The position numbers and the translations under genes were made by a program. Under the pieces are notes generated by a model, which ran no database searches, had not been told where the DNA came from, and worked only from the letters and a program-made list of their open reading frames with translations. Shown here in pieces: positions 26,451 through 41,400 of a stretch of DNA of 64,000 bases. The stretch covers positions 1 to 64,000 of the forward strand of contig CP142728.1 of the NCBI GenBank assembly GCA_036630325.1, read 5' to 3'. Source of the stretch: Vairimorpha necatrix. Its lineage: Eukaryota. How positions within the stretch are numbered: the first letter of the stretch is position 1; each line of letters starts with the position of its first letter.

Positions 26451-27722
26451 ACACGGGCTGTCACAAGAATTGTAATTGCAGCTTTTTACTATAATTATAT
26501 ATAGCTCTTCCGCTACATTTGCTTTGCCCAAATTTAGTTATATAATCTATTGATTGATAAACATAAGGATACCGGTCATATATTTCTAGTCCGTAGAAAA
26601 TAATGATTTTAATGATCGCATTTATACCTAATTATTGCTTAATCAAACATAAGTATGATTATTACATAATCATTGAGAAGAATGTATGCGAAAACTTCTA
26701 TAGATATAAGTTTACCATTATCTGAGCAAATGTATCAGGTATTAAAAGGGATATTAAATTAAGATCAAAATTATGAATATTAGATTATTTGGAAACAGTT
26801 TTACGTAGAATAAAGGTGCAATTTTTGACATTTCGAGTATTTAAATAAATTTACTTACTAATATTATTCATAGAACATCAGTCTGATGAATTATGTGATA
26901 TGTGTAAACAGGAATATTTTGATGATTATTCTAGTTTTTTTATTTATGATTATGAGATTTAAATAGATAATTTTTGAAAACTTTTAGAATGCTTAAGATT
27001 TTATGTGTTCCTTCCATATACTGATATAAATAAATGTGAAAATTCAAAACGTTATCATATTTAGTGTTATAACACTATACGATTAACAATGAATATTTTT
27101 AATTAAGAAGTATGCATAAATATCCCTAATTCTCAATTTGCTTTTAATTTAAAATAGATGTATAAGGATAAAATTTTAGAAATATCGAAAACAAAATATT
27201 AAACAAAAAAGTATTTTTTATAAATATTAGAAATTGTTATTAATGAGGTTCCTATATAAAAGATATACGAAAAATATTAGTTCAAAATGTTGAGTCCTTT
27301 TTACTTTTTTTGATCTAAAACTGAATTAACGAGTAAATATTATACGATCAGATATAAAATATTTTATCCAATAGAAAGATACTAACATAACAATCAGATA
27401 TATATATATATATAAATATATATATTTCGTTTTAATTGAAGGTGGTCTAATCATCTCCTGAACAGGTTTGCCAATATTATTATATATTAAATGTAAGTTT
27501 TTCAGAAACTATCCTTTATTAAAAGTAATTTTGATCTTGTGAAATCATGAGATATCTTAAGATCAAGATGTTATAACTAATTTTATATCCTATATTGGGT
27601 CGCGAAATTCTATGTTATGGCACAATAAGATATCGTTGAAATATAGTTATATTTCGACATAAAAACAAATGAATCTAATTAGGATATGCTTATTGTAACT
27701 TATATTTATAGTTTAACAAGGA

Positions 27723-27845
27723 TAGGTTCGCGTTAGCGTCTCCTGCTTGTAGGTTGCTTCTCATCTCCATAGTCCTACCCACATCTCCTTCACTAGTCTA
27801 AAAAAATGCTTTGTAGCGTGATCATCTGGATGTTATTTCGACATA
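27723..27845 (-). mobile_element. 3' fragment of probable RLE-type non-LTR retrotransposon
   Basis: AGGTTCGCGTTAGCGTCTCCTGCTTGTAGG is shared with 18032 and 36170; minus-strand translation NIQMITLQSIFLD. Confidence 0.55.
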
Positions 27846-30030
27846 ACATAATTTTTATAAATATGACAATTCTTATTCAAGCTTATTTTTTTAGAAATTC
27901 TCATAAAATTATGCAAAAAATTATATATAATTATATAATATAAGTATCTTGATTTTGTAAGATGTTATTTATTTGAAATATGTCAATTTCTTTAATCTTA
28001 TTTTCCATGCCCTCTCTTGGAAATTTTTTTTCTAAATACTTTTTGTAGCCAATTAAATCTGCCAATTTGTGAAAATATGATTAATCAGTATTTGATTGGC
28101 TACGATAATATCTACATTTTTGTATGAAAATTATAATTTTTAGATAATTTCAATGTTAAATTCATACATACGTACTTATGAGATTTTGCTATTATTCTTA
28201 ATAGAAATTGTGTTTATTCTCGATACATTTATATAATCGCTCTCTCGTATTAAATAAATAAGATATAAAATATTCATGATATTTAAATTTCGTTTTATAT
28301 TATATTAAAGTGTTGTATTTTTATACAGTATCTTTTTCAAATGGGGTATTGGTTGTTTTTAATCCACGATTATATTCTTTCTAATGTACTTCGATGTATT
28401 CCAATAATAAGAATTCATCTTTAAATTCATAAAATCTTTGTTATTGATTTGTACACAAATTATATTCTAATTTGTTTAATTCAAAATCTATTTATCTTAT
28501 GTGTTGATACTGGCAATAATTATATAATTGAATGTTTTAATTACATAAAAATACTTATATAATATTTGTTACCATATAGAAAGTTTTATTATTTCAATAC
28601 AATTATTTTTACTGCACTAATATTTATGTATATTTTTCTTGATTTTTTAGTTTTATATTTTGTACTTTTATATATATATATATATGCAGATAGATACCCT
28701 TTAAAAAAAATTAAATCATGTATGTAATAAAGGTTTTAATTAGAATAAAAAAAACTTTTTAATTTACTTACATATACTTCATATGTTATTTTTACTAGTT
28801 TTTATGAGATGTCAATTTCTCCTTTTTTCGTGTTCATTATCTCTTTTATAAACAAATATACACAGAGACCTTCCATTGGCCAAAAAAATTAGAAATATTG
28901 CTGATACTTAAAGACTTGTATATATATTTAGATGTAATTGTAAATAAAATATAGATTGTTTTCGAAAGTTTTTAAAATATTTAATCATTACACTAAAAAT
29001 TTTTACCAATTAGTATACATTTGTTAATTTTATTTTTATGTTAGAATGTTAAATCGTAAAACGCCCACGGTTACACTAGAAACTTTTAGAATCATTCTGT
29101 TTTAAAATCTTCATAATAATAACATACTTTGATTTACTTAAAGAAAAAATAAATCATATAAACTAATAAGTGCGCATGTATATAAACACATTCCTTGTTA
29201 TCACATAAGACCGTACAATTATATGCATTTTCAGCTGTTCTTAATTTTTTCATATTTTTCAAGATTTGTCTTCATATATATGTATACTAGAAGGAGATGG
29301 AAAATGGCAAATTTCATAAATACTTTAAAAACAAAAAAGACACACAAATTCACTTATATAACAATAATATGAATTTATATGTAGTCTTAGATATTCTAAA
29401 TTTAACTACATTGTTATTTCCTTCTTATATTTTTATAAAGTTATAGTTACTTATCTATAAAAATTATTTGAAATTATTTTTCTCTTAAAAATATCATCAA
29501 GAAAACCAATATTCTAACTTAACATACATATACTATAAATGATAATTTTTTTGTTTAGAAGTAAAGTTTTTTTCTTCTTCGTTTAAGTTCATTATCCTTC
29601 TTATATGTACATATACATCTTTACAATTGATTTTTTAAATAGAGTATAAGTTCTGTTTTTCTCAGTACCTCAATGATTTAAATATATTTAACCAATATAC
29701 CGATACAGTATGTTTCTGTTTGTTGTTAAAATACGTTATGTTTGGATTTTTTTATTAATTAAGCTTCTTAGTGTATATAGTATATTATTGTTTTAGAATT
29801 ACAATTTAAAGGTTGTATTTCTACATTTACACTATTAAAAATTATGGTTAATTCTTTGACACAACTTCTTCATACATCGGTCATTCAAAAACTTAAAGGG
29901 CCTAACAAACAATAAAAGATGATCTAAATATACAAAAATATAAATAAAAGAAAATACTTTGCATTGCTTTATTTTGCGGACTTTAATTGTCTCTTGAGTT
30001 ATGAATTGGTCTTTTTCTAGATAAAAAATA

Positions 30031-30070
30031 CTAACCTAACACCCACCCACCTACCCTACCTACCACTTAA
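30031..30070 (+). repeat. Short interstitial telomere-like tract
   Basis: CTAACCTAACACCCACCCACCTACCCTACCTACCAC, with the same units and orientation as 1-1116. Confidence 0.55.
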
Positions 30071-32227
30071 CATAATCTAAACTAAATTAGCCGTATCTTT
30101 TATTTAATGGCATTACGTTTGAGTTTAAAAAAATTCAAAATAAAGTTTGTGTTGAAATATAGACTTATATTATAAACAATTTATTATTTGAAGATTCGTC
30201 TATAATTCGATTAAAACTATAATTGATAACATTTCTAAAAGTAAGATTTAGTGTTTAATGCATAATAATAAAAAAAAACTTTATCATATGATTGTATTCA
30301 TTAATAATGATATATTATCATTCATTGCAATACAATTTTATGTTAGAAGTATTTATCATAGAGTTTTAATCTAATTCCTTTATAAAACTATTCGAATTAT
30401 AATAAAATAATGTATATTTTGAGTATATATGCAATAGACCCAAGCTAAACTTTGTACTAAGTCATCTATACAGGACAGAGTTATAAAAGAATCTTAAAAG
30501 TTCTACATTACTATCCTTCGATAATAAAACTTTAATAACTAATTCGGTAAGGCGAAGCGCAAATAAAATAGAATCTTTTTGAAGTCCATTGTAAGATTTG
30601 TTAGGAGCTCCCAGTATACGATTTAAGAGACAAGGAGATAAAACATATGTAAAATATTAAATCTATTAATAGATAAATGCAAATTATATCGACATATCAG
30701 ATTTAATTATTATATTTCATGAGTTTTATAGTCGTAACGTATTGTATTATTATATTTTTAAATAAATGTATAGTTTTATTTTTCCGTTAAACACAATGAT
30801 TTTTAATACATAATTTTTGTTAATTTCTGTAACCTGTATCTATCAAATCAATCGTCATTTTGATAATTCAAATTCTTAACAAATAAATTTCATTATAATA
30901 GATAGCAAAATTTGAGATTTTTAATATTTTGATTCTTTGTATATGCACGCAATGAAAAAAGAAGGTAAAATGTATATAAATGTAAATTGTATTGTCTCTT
31001 TGTTTTTTTTAGAAATTTTGTGGATAACAAAAATAATTAGTAAAATGAATTTTATGGTATTGATATTGCATTTTATTTTAAATTTTGCTGGATACATTAA
31101 ATTATCTAATAAAAAGTAGATATCTTAAATATTCTTCTATAGCAATAATTTACTTATCTAAACATTTAACCAACTCTCAAAACATTACCTACGTAGGATC
31201 TTTTTTGTTCTTGAATATCTTCTTAACAAATATTAACAATTTTAATAAAATGTATATTACACATACTAAAGATAAATTTAATGCACTTCCTTGTTCTCTA
31301 GATTACTCTATCTTTTAATCAGATATTGTATTTATCTATCTTTATATTAATCTTGAATTCATATATCTTTAATATAAGGTTTATGGTCACTATACAATAT
31401 TCATCAATAATTTAGTCCATTACAAATTTTCAATAAACATCTATATATAAATATCTAATATTTTATTAAAAGATTGCTACTTTTAGTTCTGTATTTTTTA
31501 ACTAAATATTTTCGTAAAAAATACCACTACATGTATGGCTTAAGCCTATTGTATTTGCGATTTTGGATTTTTTTGATTCATATTTGGATCTAGTATTTAC
31601 TGAACCTAAATCAGGGGGTCGTAAAGCCGTGAATACAGTTATATAATTGATAGGATTTTGGAAAGCCTAGGATGTGTCAGTCCTCATAGTACAAAAAAAT
31701 GTTTCGGTCATATAAGAGGGAGATAAATGTAGAGATTAGAATTTTAATTGAACTTTAGTATAAGGTTTGTTAAATATGATCGAATTGTTACAAAAATATA
31801 ATCCATTACATCTAATTAAATTTGTTGGATCTTTAAACTTACATTTCTAATATTTTTCTTGATATCATAATTAAGAAAATAAATTTCTTTTCTGAGTAAC
31901 AATTTATTTTTGTTTTGTGTTGATATTAAATTTATAAAAAATGAAATGTATTTTTTATTATAGATTTTCTTGTTTTATATATAATTTATAGAATTATAAT
32001 GGGTTTTATATAATATTTTATAAATTTGAATCAAATAAATTTAATATAATATATAAGAGGGGGTTTGTAATTTACATTTTTGTAGCAGATTCATTTTTTG
32101 GATAAAAAATATGCACAAGAAGGCGAATAAAGATTAATAGTGATAATAATTCAGAAATAGTTGTGTGTTAATGTGATATTTATAGAAAATTATTTAAACA
32201 AAAAAAATAACATAATTTAAGGCTTAT

Positions 32228-32955
32228 TGTTAAAGATAAAAGTATGTGAAGGGTTAATTTATAAAATATATATTCTCAACATCCCGCGCTGAATTTACAA
32301 CTAAGTATTTTATATATTTGTTCTCTTAACTCGCTCACTACTTGGCTCTCCTAATAATAGTGCAATTTTATGTTAACAGACCATGGGCTGTGCTTTATTC
32401 TTTTGCATTTTAATATCTTCTCTAGTTTTGGTCTTTACAGTTCTTTCTTTCCCTGTTTAAATAAATTTCCTCGATAAGCATGAAAATTTTTTTTAACATG
32501 TCTTCTTAACATTGTAACTATGATTTTATCTATCTATTTCATTATTCAACTATAACACTGTTTTTTTTTTGATTTTCTTCTCTTTTTAAATCTCTCTGGA
32601 TTTTGAACACTAGTTGTTCAGCTATCTTCCCACGATAGCTTTAATATTAATGGTGATTACCACTACACTCAATATCGACAACTTTTATGTCAGATATTAC
32701 AAGATCAAAACTGTTTCAAATAGCAATCCATAGCTACTCTAAGTCTTCACATATGCAAGACATCACCTTCTCTTCTGTTAGACATCCAACACCCCAATCT
32801 GTCATATACTGCATTTTTTTTACGTCTCATGCCTCGGCGGAACTTACAACCTTTTCTTTTGTTTATGTTTGGGTTCGATCATTTTTTTTATTGTCCACCA
32901 TGTTAAAGAAAATTGTAAGTTAAGGGTTAAATTTTTTAAATATATATTCTCAACA
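32228..32955 (-). mobile_element. Internally deleted or non-autonomous LTR element (728 bp, ~54-bp diverged LTRs)
   Basis: Direct repeats at 32228-32281 and 32901-32955 (TGTTAAAGA..AAGGGTTAA..ATATATATTCTCAACA); PBS-like TGGTGGACA abuts the right repeat on the minus strand; short purine tract GCGGGA next to the left repeat; TSD not preserved. Confidence 0.7.
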
Positions 32956-35900
32956 AAAAAAATGATAAAATTATTAATATTAGCAGTTCAAAAAAAAATA
33001 GTAATATCTATAAGCGATGTTAGTTATCACTAGATTAATAAAAGTACAAATTTGTATGTTTAAATGATTTCATTTATCGTATTATTATTGTATAAGTTTA
33101 TTTTTTAAATTCATTCTGCAGTCATAATGTCTTATCTTAAAAAACATTAAAATCATATATTTAAATGACAGATGTTCTGGACGAATTAGATTATCCTCTT
33201 GACATCTTTAGCATAATAATTCCAAAACAATGGGTTTGAATTAAATATGAATACATTTGAATTTACGAATATGTGCATTAATAAAAAGAAGACTTTAAAA
33301 ACGCATTTTTATATAAAGCAAACATATAAAATCAAGAAATGTAATATTAAAATAAACATTATTTGTTCTATATTATTATTAGATATGTATAATATATTTT
33401 TCTATTAATTTTCAAATTTGATCTCATATGATTTTTAGATTTCCTATAGTATTTAAGGCATTTACTTTATTATTTCTTTATGTTTTTAATTAAACTTTAA
33501 ATGTGTACAAGAACAGCTATTTCGATTTTACGCATGTTTTACTTATCATATATATGATGTAAAATTTTTCATCGTTGGTCTTGCTATTTTGGTTAAAAAC
33601 AATATAAGTAATATTTTTTAACGTCAAAACAATTGTACTCATTTTGATTTTACTTAATTAACTTATTTTTCATAGATAAATCTTTTTATCGTATATATAT
33701 TGTTTACATAACTCATATATATTTTAAACAAAAAAATTCTGTGCACTTTGCAGACTTTTGATCAGAAAAAAGAAAATACATACGGACCAACAAACACGAA
33801 AATACAAAAAAAAAAGGTTTCTCATAAAGATAAACTTTTTAAAGCCAATTTACAGAGGAAACAAAATTTCATTACAAAGTTCTAGTAAAATTATTATATA
33901 CTATTACTATTTTGATCGTGTATATTTGTTTTTTTTATAAAAAGTCTTTTTTGATAATCTTTATATACTTTTTTTCCGTAAATGAAGATAATATAAACCA
34001 CAATTTTTATTATTTAAATGTCTTTCAGTTTATACTTTTCTTTTCATGTTGCTTTAAGTTAAATACAAAAGTTTTAAATATTGTGAATTTGAAAAATATT
34101 AAACTGTCAATAATGGAGCTGGCAGTTTTTAAGCTACAACGACTATTTTAAGACAAGTTTTAGTAACAAAAGAAATAATTTGGAATATATTTTTTTTGTA
34201 ACTATATTAATTTCTATTTTATTTTTTTAACAATTCCTTTTGTATATAATATTTCGATTTTTTTAAATTTATTCTTCCCTTTTTTATTCAAAAAAAATTA
34301 ATTACTTTAATATAACTTGACGAAATCAAATATTTGAATGACTATATTGTAATCTTTAAACATCACAAATTACTTATTCGATACAACATCTTTATCTATT
34401 CTTTGTCTATACAAGAACTTTTGAATGCTTTATTGTCTATGAGGATTTATTTTCATTATTAAAAATTTTTTAGATTCAAAAAATTCATTTTCGTTTGAAT
34501 ATCATATTGTTTTGTTACTAATAAATTTTTTCTCTGTTTATAAATTCTTTTTTATTTGTGTTATTAAATTTATTCAATCTTACACCACTCGTAAAGGTAA
34601 TATAATCTAATACATTTAATTAGGTAATACCTAACTTTTAAACATATTGTACCATAATTTGAATATTTAAATCATAATTATACAGCGTAAATTTTTAATA
34701 TCTTTTATCAACTTTAATCAGAAAATTTGATTTTTATTCATGCATATTTATATTAATGTATTACATGACTTAATGAAGATATATTTGCCATATAATAAAT
34801 TGATTTACAAGATTTTAAAGAATTTCTAGCTTCTAGTAATTTGTTTATCTGAATATGAATTTAAGTTAAATAAATTTACCATAGATATTTGAAACAATAT
34901 ATCTTATGTTTTTTATGTACTGTAGTATGTGCATAATTTATACGAGTCGACTCGTATGCATATTCTTTTCGTTGATTTAGTATCTAATAATATTAAATCT
35001 TTTATTCGGTTAATATTTTAGCGTGATATCTATAACGACTATCTGATGTGTCCGAATTCTCTTTATCATTGTTGCTGAATATAAGTTATGTTTTATAATA
35101 CTTGATATTATTTTATTGCATAGGCTTCTTTTTAAAATCTAAAATAGTTCAGACTAATGTACTCAAGTTTACATTATGAATAGTCGATTCTAATAAGTAT
35201 AAACCAATTCGTATTGTGAATGTGCTCTTATATGTTTTAAAGTTTATATTTTAAAAATCACTCTATATTTAGAACTTTATATGATACTGCATACTATATT
35301 ATTCAAAAAAAACGGCTACTATCAACATTATACTTGGTTTTCTAATTGGTACTTATATAGATTTATTATTATAGTTAATTTACTATACTTTTAAAATCTA
35401 TTTTACATATTTATTTAATAATGCGACATATTTATTATTTATTTTTAAATTTTTATTTTTTTATTTTCAATGATAAAATTAGTATTTTAATTTATTAATT
35501 TTTTAGGTTTTCTGTCTTTTTTATATTGACAATACATATTGTAAATATTTGATTATAATTTTACTTCGAAGTGTATAAAATGTTCATTGTTTAGGGTATA
35601 AGTCATATGAGCATTGTTATTCTATTACTTTGTGTTTATATATATATGAGATAATCATATTTTATCATATGAAATATATAATTGAAATGAAAAAGAATTA
35701 GTAGTACCTTAAGTTGAGAAAAAAATAAATAATAAGTTTTTCAGTAAAACATGTGTTTTAAATCTGAAAATTTATAATAAACACCGTTTGTATGTAAAAT
35801 ATTTATTGACTTAGAAATTCTAAGTATTTGTTTTAAAAAAAATTAATATAACGAAAATTTTTTTTTTATATGAAATGTAGTAATCTATTCATTGTGTTTC

Positions 35901-36169
35901 TAAAGTTTCAACTTTTAAAATTTTATTTAATTTTTGATACATTTATTTCTTAAATAACGAAAGAAAGTAATTGAGAAGATTATTTTTATAAATTTTCCTG
36001 AATCAAAATAAAAAAATAACAACTTATAGGTTTTTCTAGAAAAGTCCCAACGTATTTCAAATTAATTTGTAAGAAAGTTTTTTTTTTATACAAAGAAAAT
36101 ATGCATAATAAAATTAATTTGTGTATGCTAGTGTTGTTTATACTTCTAATTAAACAAGAATATTATTTG

Positions 36170-36455
36170 AGTTGGCGTCTTCTGCTTGTAGGAAGCATCC
36201 GCTCTATGGTCCTTTCAACATCAACTTCGTCTCCTCGAATTAGTAATTTCAGAGATACGCATTCTTTCATCTTCTTTAGCTTGATCGTCTAGATATAAGC
36301 TTGTACTGTCTTAGGGATTCTAAGTCACTTGTAAAAGATTTGTAAAACTTAGACTATACCGTCGCAGGTGATTATGTAGGGAATTATTTCTGTTTTAAAA
36401 CCATACTAAGCACAGTTCGTTTGTAAAAACATCGTATTTCTATACTTATCGGTTT
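36170..36455 (-). mobile_element. 3' fragment of probable RLE-type non-LTR retrotransposon
   Basis: The minus strand encodes (frameshifted) KYDVFTNELC..YGFKTEIIPYIITCDGIV..VQAYI, homologous to the 53295 fragment; shares the terminal motif with 18032 and 27723. Confidence 0.65.
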
Positions 36456-38467
36456 AAAGGAGATATTAAATATATATATAAATTATATTTTTAAAACAAG
36501 AAAATATAATTAAGTATTTTTATAACCGCGATAATAAGAAAAATTATCTGATTTTTCCTTTTCTCGTTATAAATTTTTTTCATACAGTTAAAAAGCTGGA
36601 TGTTGTTTGTTTAATTATGCGTTGTGTCAATATATCATGTTTAAGCTAATTTAGATAGATAAAATATATAGTGTAGTGAAAAACTCAAAAATTTTCATGC
36701 AATATTTATAAAAAAGCTTTTACCTCAGTACTATTATTATAAATGAAGCACCAAATTTTCTAATATTCATTAGAAATACAGAAATTTATAAAACCATTTG
36801 TACAAGCGTGGTAGGTGTAATTTTAAAGTAACTAAAAAAAGCCTTAAGCAAGTCTTAAGACAATACAACAAAGTTATTCCGATGTAATGACAAGTTAAAT
36901 ATAGCAAAACAAACACGATATATATATTGATTCTATTTATCGTGGCATTTTTTTATAATTAAAAACACAATAAAATCTCTGTTTTCATTATTTAATTATT
37001 ATGAAAACGAGTTATGACATGGGCTGTTTTCGTTAGTGTCGAAATTAGAGTTAACAATACTTATAAAGTTAACGAAAACATAGTATATTAGATTTTACTA
37101 TATATATGACGTTCTTATTCACACTTTGATTTTTATAATATAAACATGTTTTGAAATAAAGTAGCTTTAATATCATTTTTTTGTAATTACATATTATACG
37201 GATTTATAATTCAATCTTTACTTTATATGTTTATGATTTGTTATATTAAATTTACCTGTGCATTACAATGGCTTTTTTGGTAGATTCGATATTGACCTAA
37301 ATTTAAGCATAATTTTTCTGTTTTGATACAAATACTAGGTCTTTTCTGTAAAAAATAACCTGCAAATAGTAATAGAGTCACAAAAGATTATGTACAATTT
37401 TTTATTTTAAAAATTATATACAATATTTGCTATCTCTGATATTTAAATAATTTAGCCTACACAAATATATAAATAGCCGTTTAAACCTATACTTCTTAAT
37501 TGTATCTATACAAAGAATCAAATTTCACATAGAAACATAATAGTAAAACAAATTTGGAGAAATACTTGTGCAATATTACTGATATAATTTAAAAAAATCA
37601 TTGTATTATTAACAAACTATTAAGTTAACATAATTTTAAAAATTCAATCTATATATTTTTTCATTCTAAGAGGATCCTGAACTAATTTTTAAATTACGGC
37701 TTTTTTATAATAAACTGTGGCTACTAAATGTTTGTTTTGTTGTATTAAAGGCAATTTACATTATCATCAGATACTGTAACAACCAGTCCTTTCAATATAA
37801 ACAGAGTTAGAATTTATACAATTAAAATTTTGTTTTCAAATTTGAATAGAGCTAAAAATAGTAAATACAGATTATATTATTAAAACTATGTTAATTATTA
37901 ATCAACTCACGTGCCAAGTCATTTTTTTTCATATCTGTGTCTAATACATTATATATTTTATTAATATTGTAATATAACACATGTATATTAATTCTTAAAG
38001 TTTTTTTTAATCTTACCCTTTATTTCTAGTTAAATATAAAAAGAGAAATACAAGGCTTTGTGAAAATTAAAAAGAAATATGTAAATTTATATGGTTTAGA
38101 GCGTTCGACTTTTTATAACAGTTAAAATTTGATTATATAAAAACTTTTATTTTCTTACAAATGAAAATTTTATTTTGACAGCACAATTGATATTTAGTAA
38201 ATATTTAATTAATATCATTTGCAGTAGTATATAATTAAAGTCCAAAGTGCTTGAAAAATTTCCATAATTTTAGAATGTTGATATGTAAGAAAATAAAACG
38301 TAATTTATATGCTAAAATTCATATAATATTTATAGGCATATAAAAATAAATATTTCTTTTCATCTTTAAATGATTTGTATTTTATAAAAAATTTTAGAGC
38401 TGAAATTTTTTCGTTTTAAATATAAAAACGATTAGACATAATTATTTATTTCATATTTGTTTATTTT

Positions 38468-41400
38468 TGTCGTATCCTTCTATAAATATTATATATTTTC
38501 ACCCCGATGCAATTCGTAAATAAAGGAACATTCGACATGGCGACAGCGATAAAAACTGTTGGCTGCTTCAGTGGAAAGAAGGAAGAGGATATAAATACAT
38601 GGTTGCGTGACACAACGTTCACGGCGAGGGTTATGGGACTGACAGAAGATCAGACCGCCAGACTTATCTGCCTGGGTCTACGGGGGCCAGCTCTCTCATG
38701 GATAGCAATGGCATTTGAACGGGTGTCCGAACTTGATCTGGCAGAGGTTACTAAGAGTCTAAAATTGAGATTTTACAGTTCACAGAAAACTCTGGCCACT
38801 CTAGACGAGTTTGTTAAACCGCAACAATTTGGCAACCTAGAGGCTTTCATAGACTTCTGCAGGAAAGGAAACTCCCTTATAGAGCAACAAACAATGGGGT
38901 ACAAAGCAGTCAGCCTCATAGTAATCAAGAAGTCTCCTTCAGTCCTCAAATCAATTCTTTATGATTTTGCTAGACAATGCCAAGATTGGAGTGAATTCCT
39001 GAGGCGCACAGAGGAAGTTTCTTGGATAGCATTCCCTATGAAAAGTAACACGACTAATACGGACGAGACACTAGATAACAGGACTTTGAAGGTCGCACCA
39101 TCGAAGAAGGGAAATATACCCTACACCATAGAAAACTACAAGATCAACAGCTGTTTCACTAATCCTTGCTACATAAACGTAGAATTCAATCGTAAACGAC
39201 ATCGAGCATTAATTGATACCGGAGCTGATGTCTCCCTGATACCCGCAAGAGTCCTCGAAGGGACAAATATCAGATTTACCAGATCTTCAACGATCATACG
39301 AGCAGCATCAGGGACACCATTGGAGATTATAGGAAGATGTCTAAATATCAATTTTAGGACGGAAAACACTTCAATTACTTTCAGCCCTTACGTCACAGAA
39401 CGGACACCGGACTACATAATCTTAGGAGTTGACGCTATACGAACGAACCCCATATTACTGGAACAACTGATCAGAAAATTCGCCAATACAGTCAAGAAAG
39501 GCTCACTGATTAACAAAGTCAATTACATCTCAATCGAAGAGAAATACCATGACATGTTCAAAACTGAAATTTCAGAGCTTACACTTTGTAACATGGGGAA
39601 ACATCAAATCGAGACAACAGTAGCGAAGGCAATTTACCAGAAAAATGGAAAGATACCTCTGCACTTTGAAGAGGAAATCACACAACAGATCAAGAAGAAC
39701 TTGCAGTTGGGCGTAATAAGAAATAGTAGGAGCCCCTGGAATAGTAGAGTTGTTCCGGTAACGAAACCTGATGGGTCGATCAGGCTCTGTATAGATTACA
39801 GAGAGCTCAACAAGATAACAGTCAAAGATAAATACCCCCTCCCACGAATTAATGAAATTCTCGACGATCTAGCTGACGCTACTATCTTTTCGACATTAGA
39901 TGCTACGTCGGGATATTATCAGATAGCCCTTGAAGAAGTAGACAAGGAGAAGACAGCATTCAGCTGGAGAGGAGGACATTATGAATTTAACAGGATGCCG
40001 TTTGGGCTATGTAATGCCCCTGCTACTTTTCAGAGAACTATGGATAAGATTTTTGTGAAAGAAAACAGAAAATTCGTCATACCATACTTGGATGACATTA
40101 TTATCTATTCTAAAAATCACCAGGAACACCGTGAACACTTGGAAATCGTATTGGGTAAGCTTAAGGCAGCAGGAATCGCACTTAACAGGAAGAAGTGCCA
40201 CTTCTTCAAAGAAGAAATTAAAATTCTAGGGAATATAGTAACAAACAAGACGATCAAACTGGACCCAGAGAAGGTCAAAGCCATAAACGAGTATAAGGAG
40301 CCGACGAATATTGCTCAACTACGGTCGTTTCTTGGGCTCATAAATTACTGTAGGGAGTTCATCCGTAACTTATCAGCGATAGCAGCCCTCTCTACGAACT
40401 GTTTAAAGGAGAGTCAAAGCGAAGTGTTAAGAGTATTTCTCTCAGCAAAAAGGAGAAACAGGCATTCGAAGATCTAAAGAGACTTCTCACAGAAGAGACA
40501 ATAAGATACAAGATTAATCTCAGGAAACCGTTTATACTGACTACGGATGCGTCAGAGCAGGGAATAGGCGCGATCCTCTCACAGATTGGAGATGATGGGA
40601 AGGAGCACTTCGTAAGTGCATTCAGCAAAAGTTTAGAGAAAGCCCATAAGAACTACTCTACAACAGACAAAGAACTCTTGGCCGTTGTAAAAGGCATCGA
40701 GAACTATAGACACTACCTCCTGGGTAGAGAGTTCATATTGAAGACGGACCACAAAGCGCTGACTTATCTATGGGAAGCTAAGAATCCTACCAGTAGATTG
40801 CTGAGGTGGGCAATGAAGTTGCAGGAGTATGCATTTCAATCAACCTACATAAAAGGAGAGGTTAATGGAGCAGACGGGTTAAGCAGACAAAACTCGACAG
40901 AAAAAGATATAAATATCATCGAAGCTACAGGACCAAGCGATGAAGACAGACAGAAGATCTTAGAATCCTACCATCTAGACGTTGGACATGCTAGCGCTAG
41001 TACGATGAGCTTCATGATTTCACAGAGGTACAAATGGGCAGGAATGCATAAGGACATCAAGGAACACGTAGAAAAGTGTAAAACGTGCTTGAAATCGGGA
41101 TACCCATTACGAAACACAAAAAACAAAGTTATACGATCAGAAAGGCCGAACCAAATATGGGTGATAGATCTCATAGGACGCATATGCGACACTTCGGGTC
41201 AAAACAGCTTCATATTCATTGCTATTGACCACTACTCTAAATGGGTCGAGACGGCTGTTATTAACTATAAAACAGGGTCGAAAATAATGGGATTAATCCA
41301 GCAATTGATTATCGAGAAACACGGCATTCCAGAAAGAATCTTGACTGACAACGGGCTAGAATTTATAAATTCTGACATCAAAGACCTGGCCGAAAAGAAC

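Noticed and set aside
29053-29080. Second Helitron-like end (..CCCACGGTTACACTAG)
   Set aside because: The hairpin is too degenerate and CTAG is followed by A rather than T.
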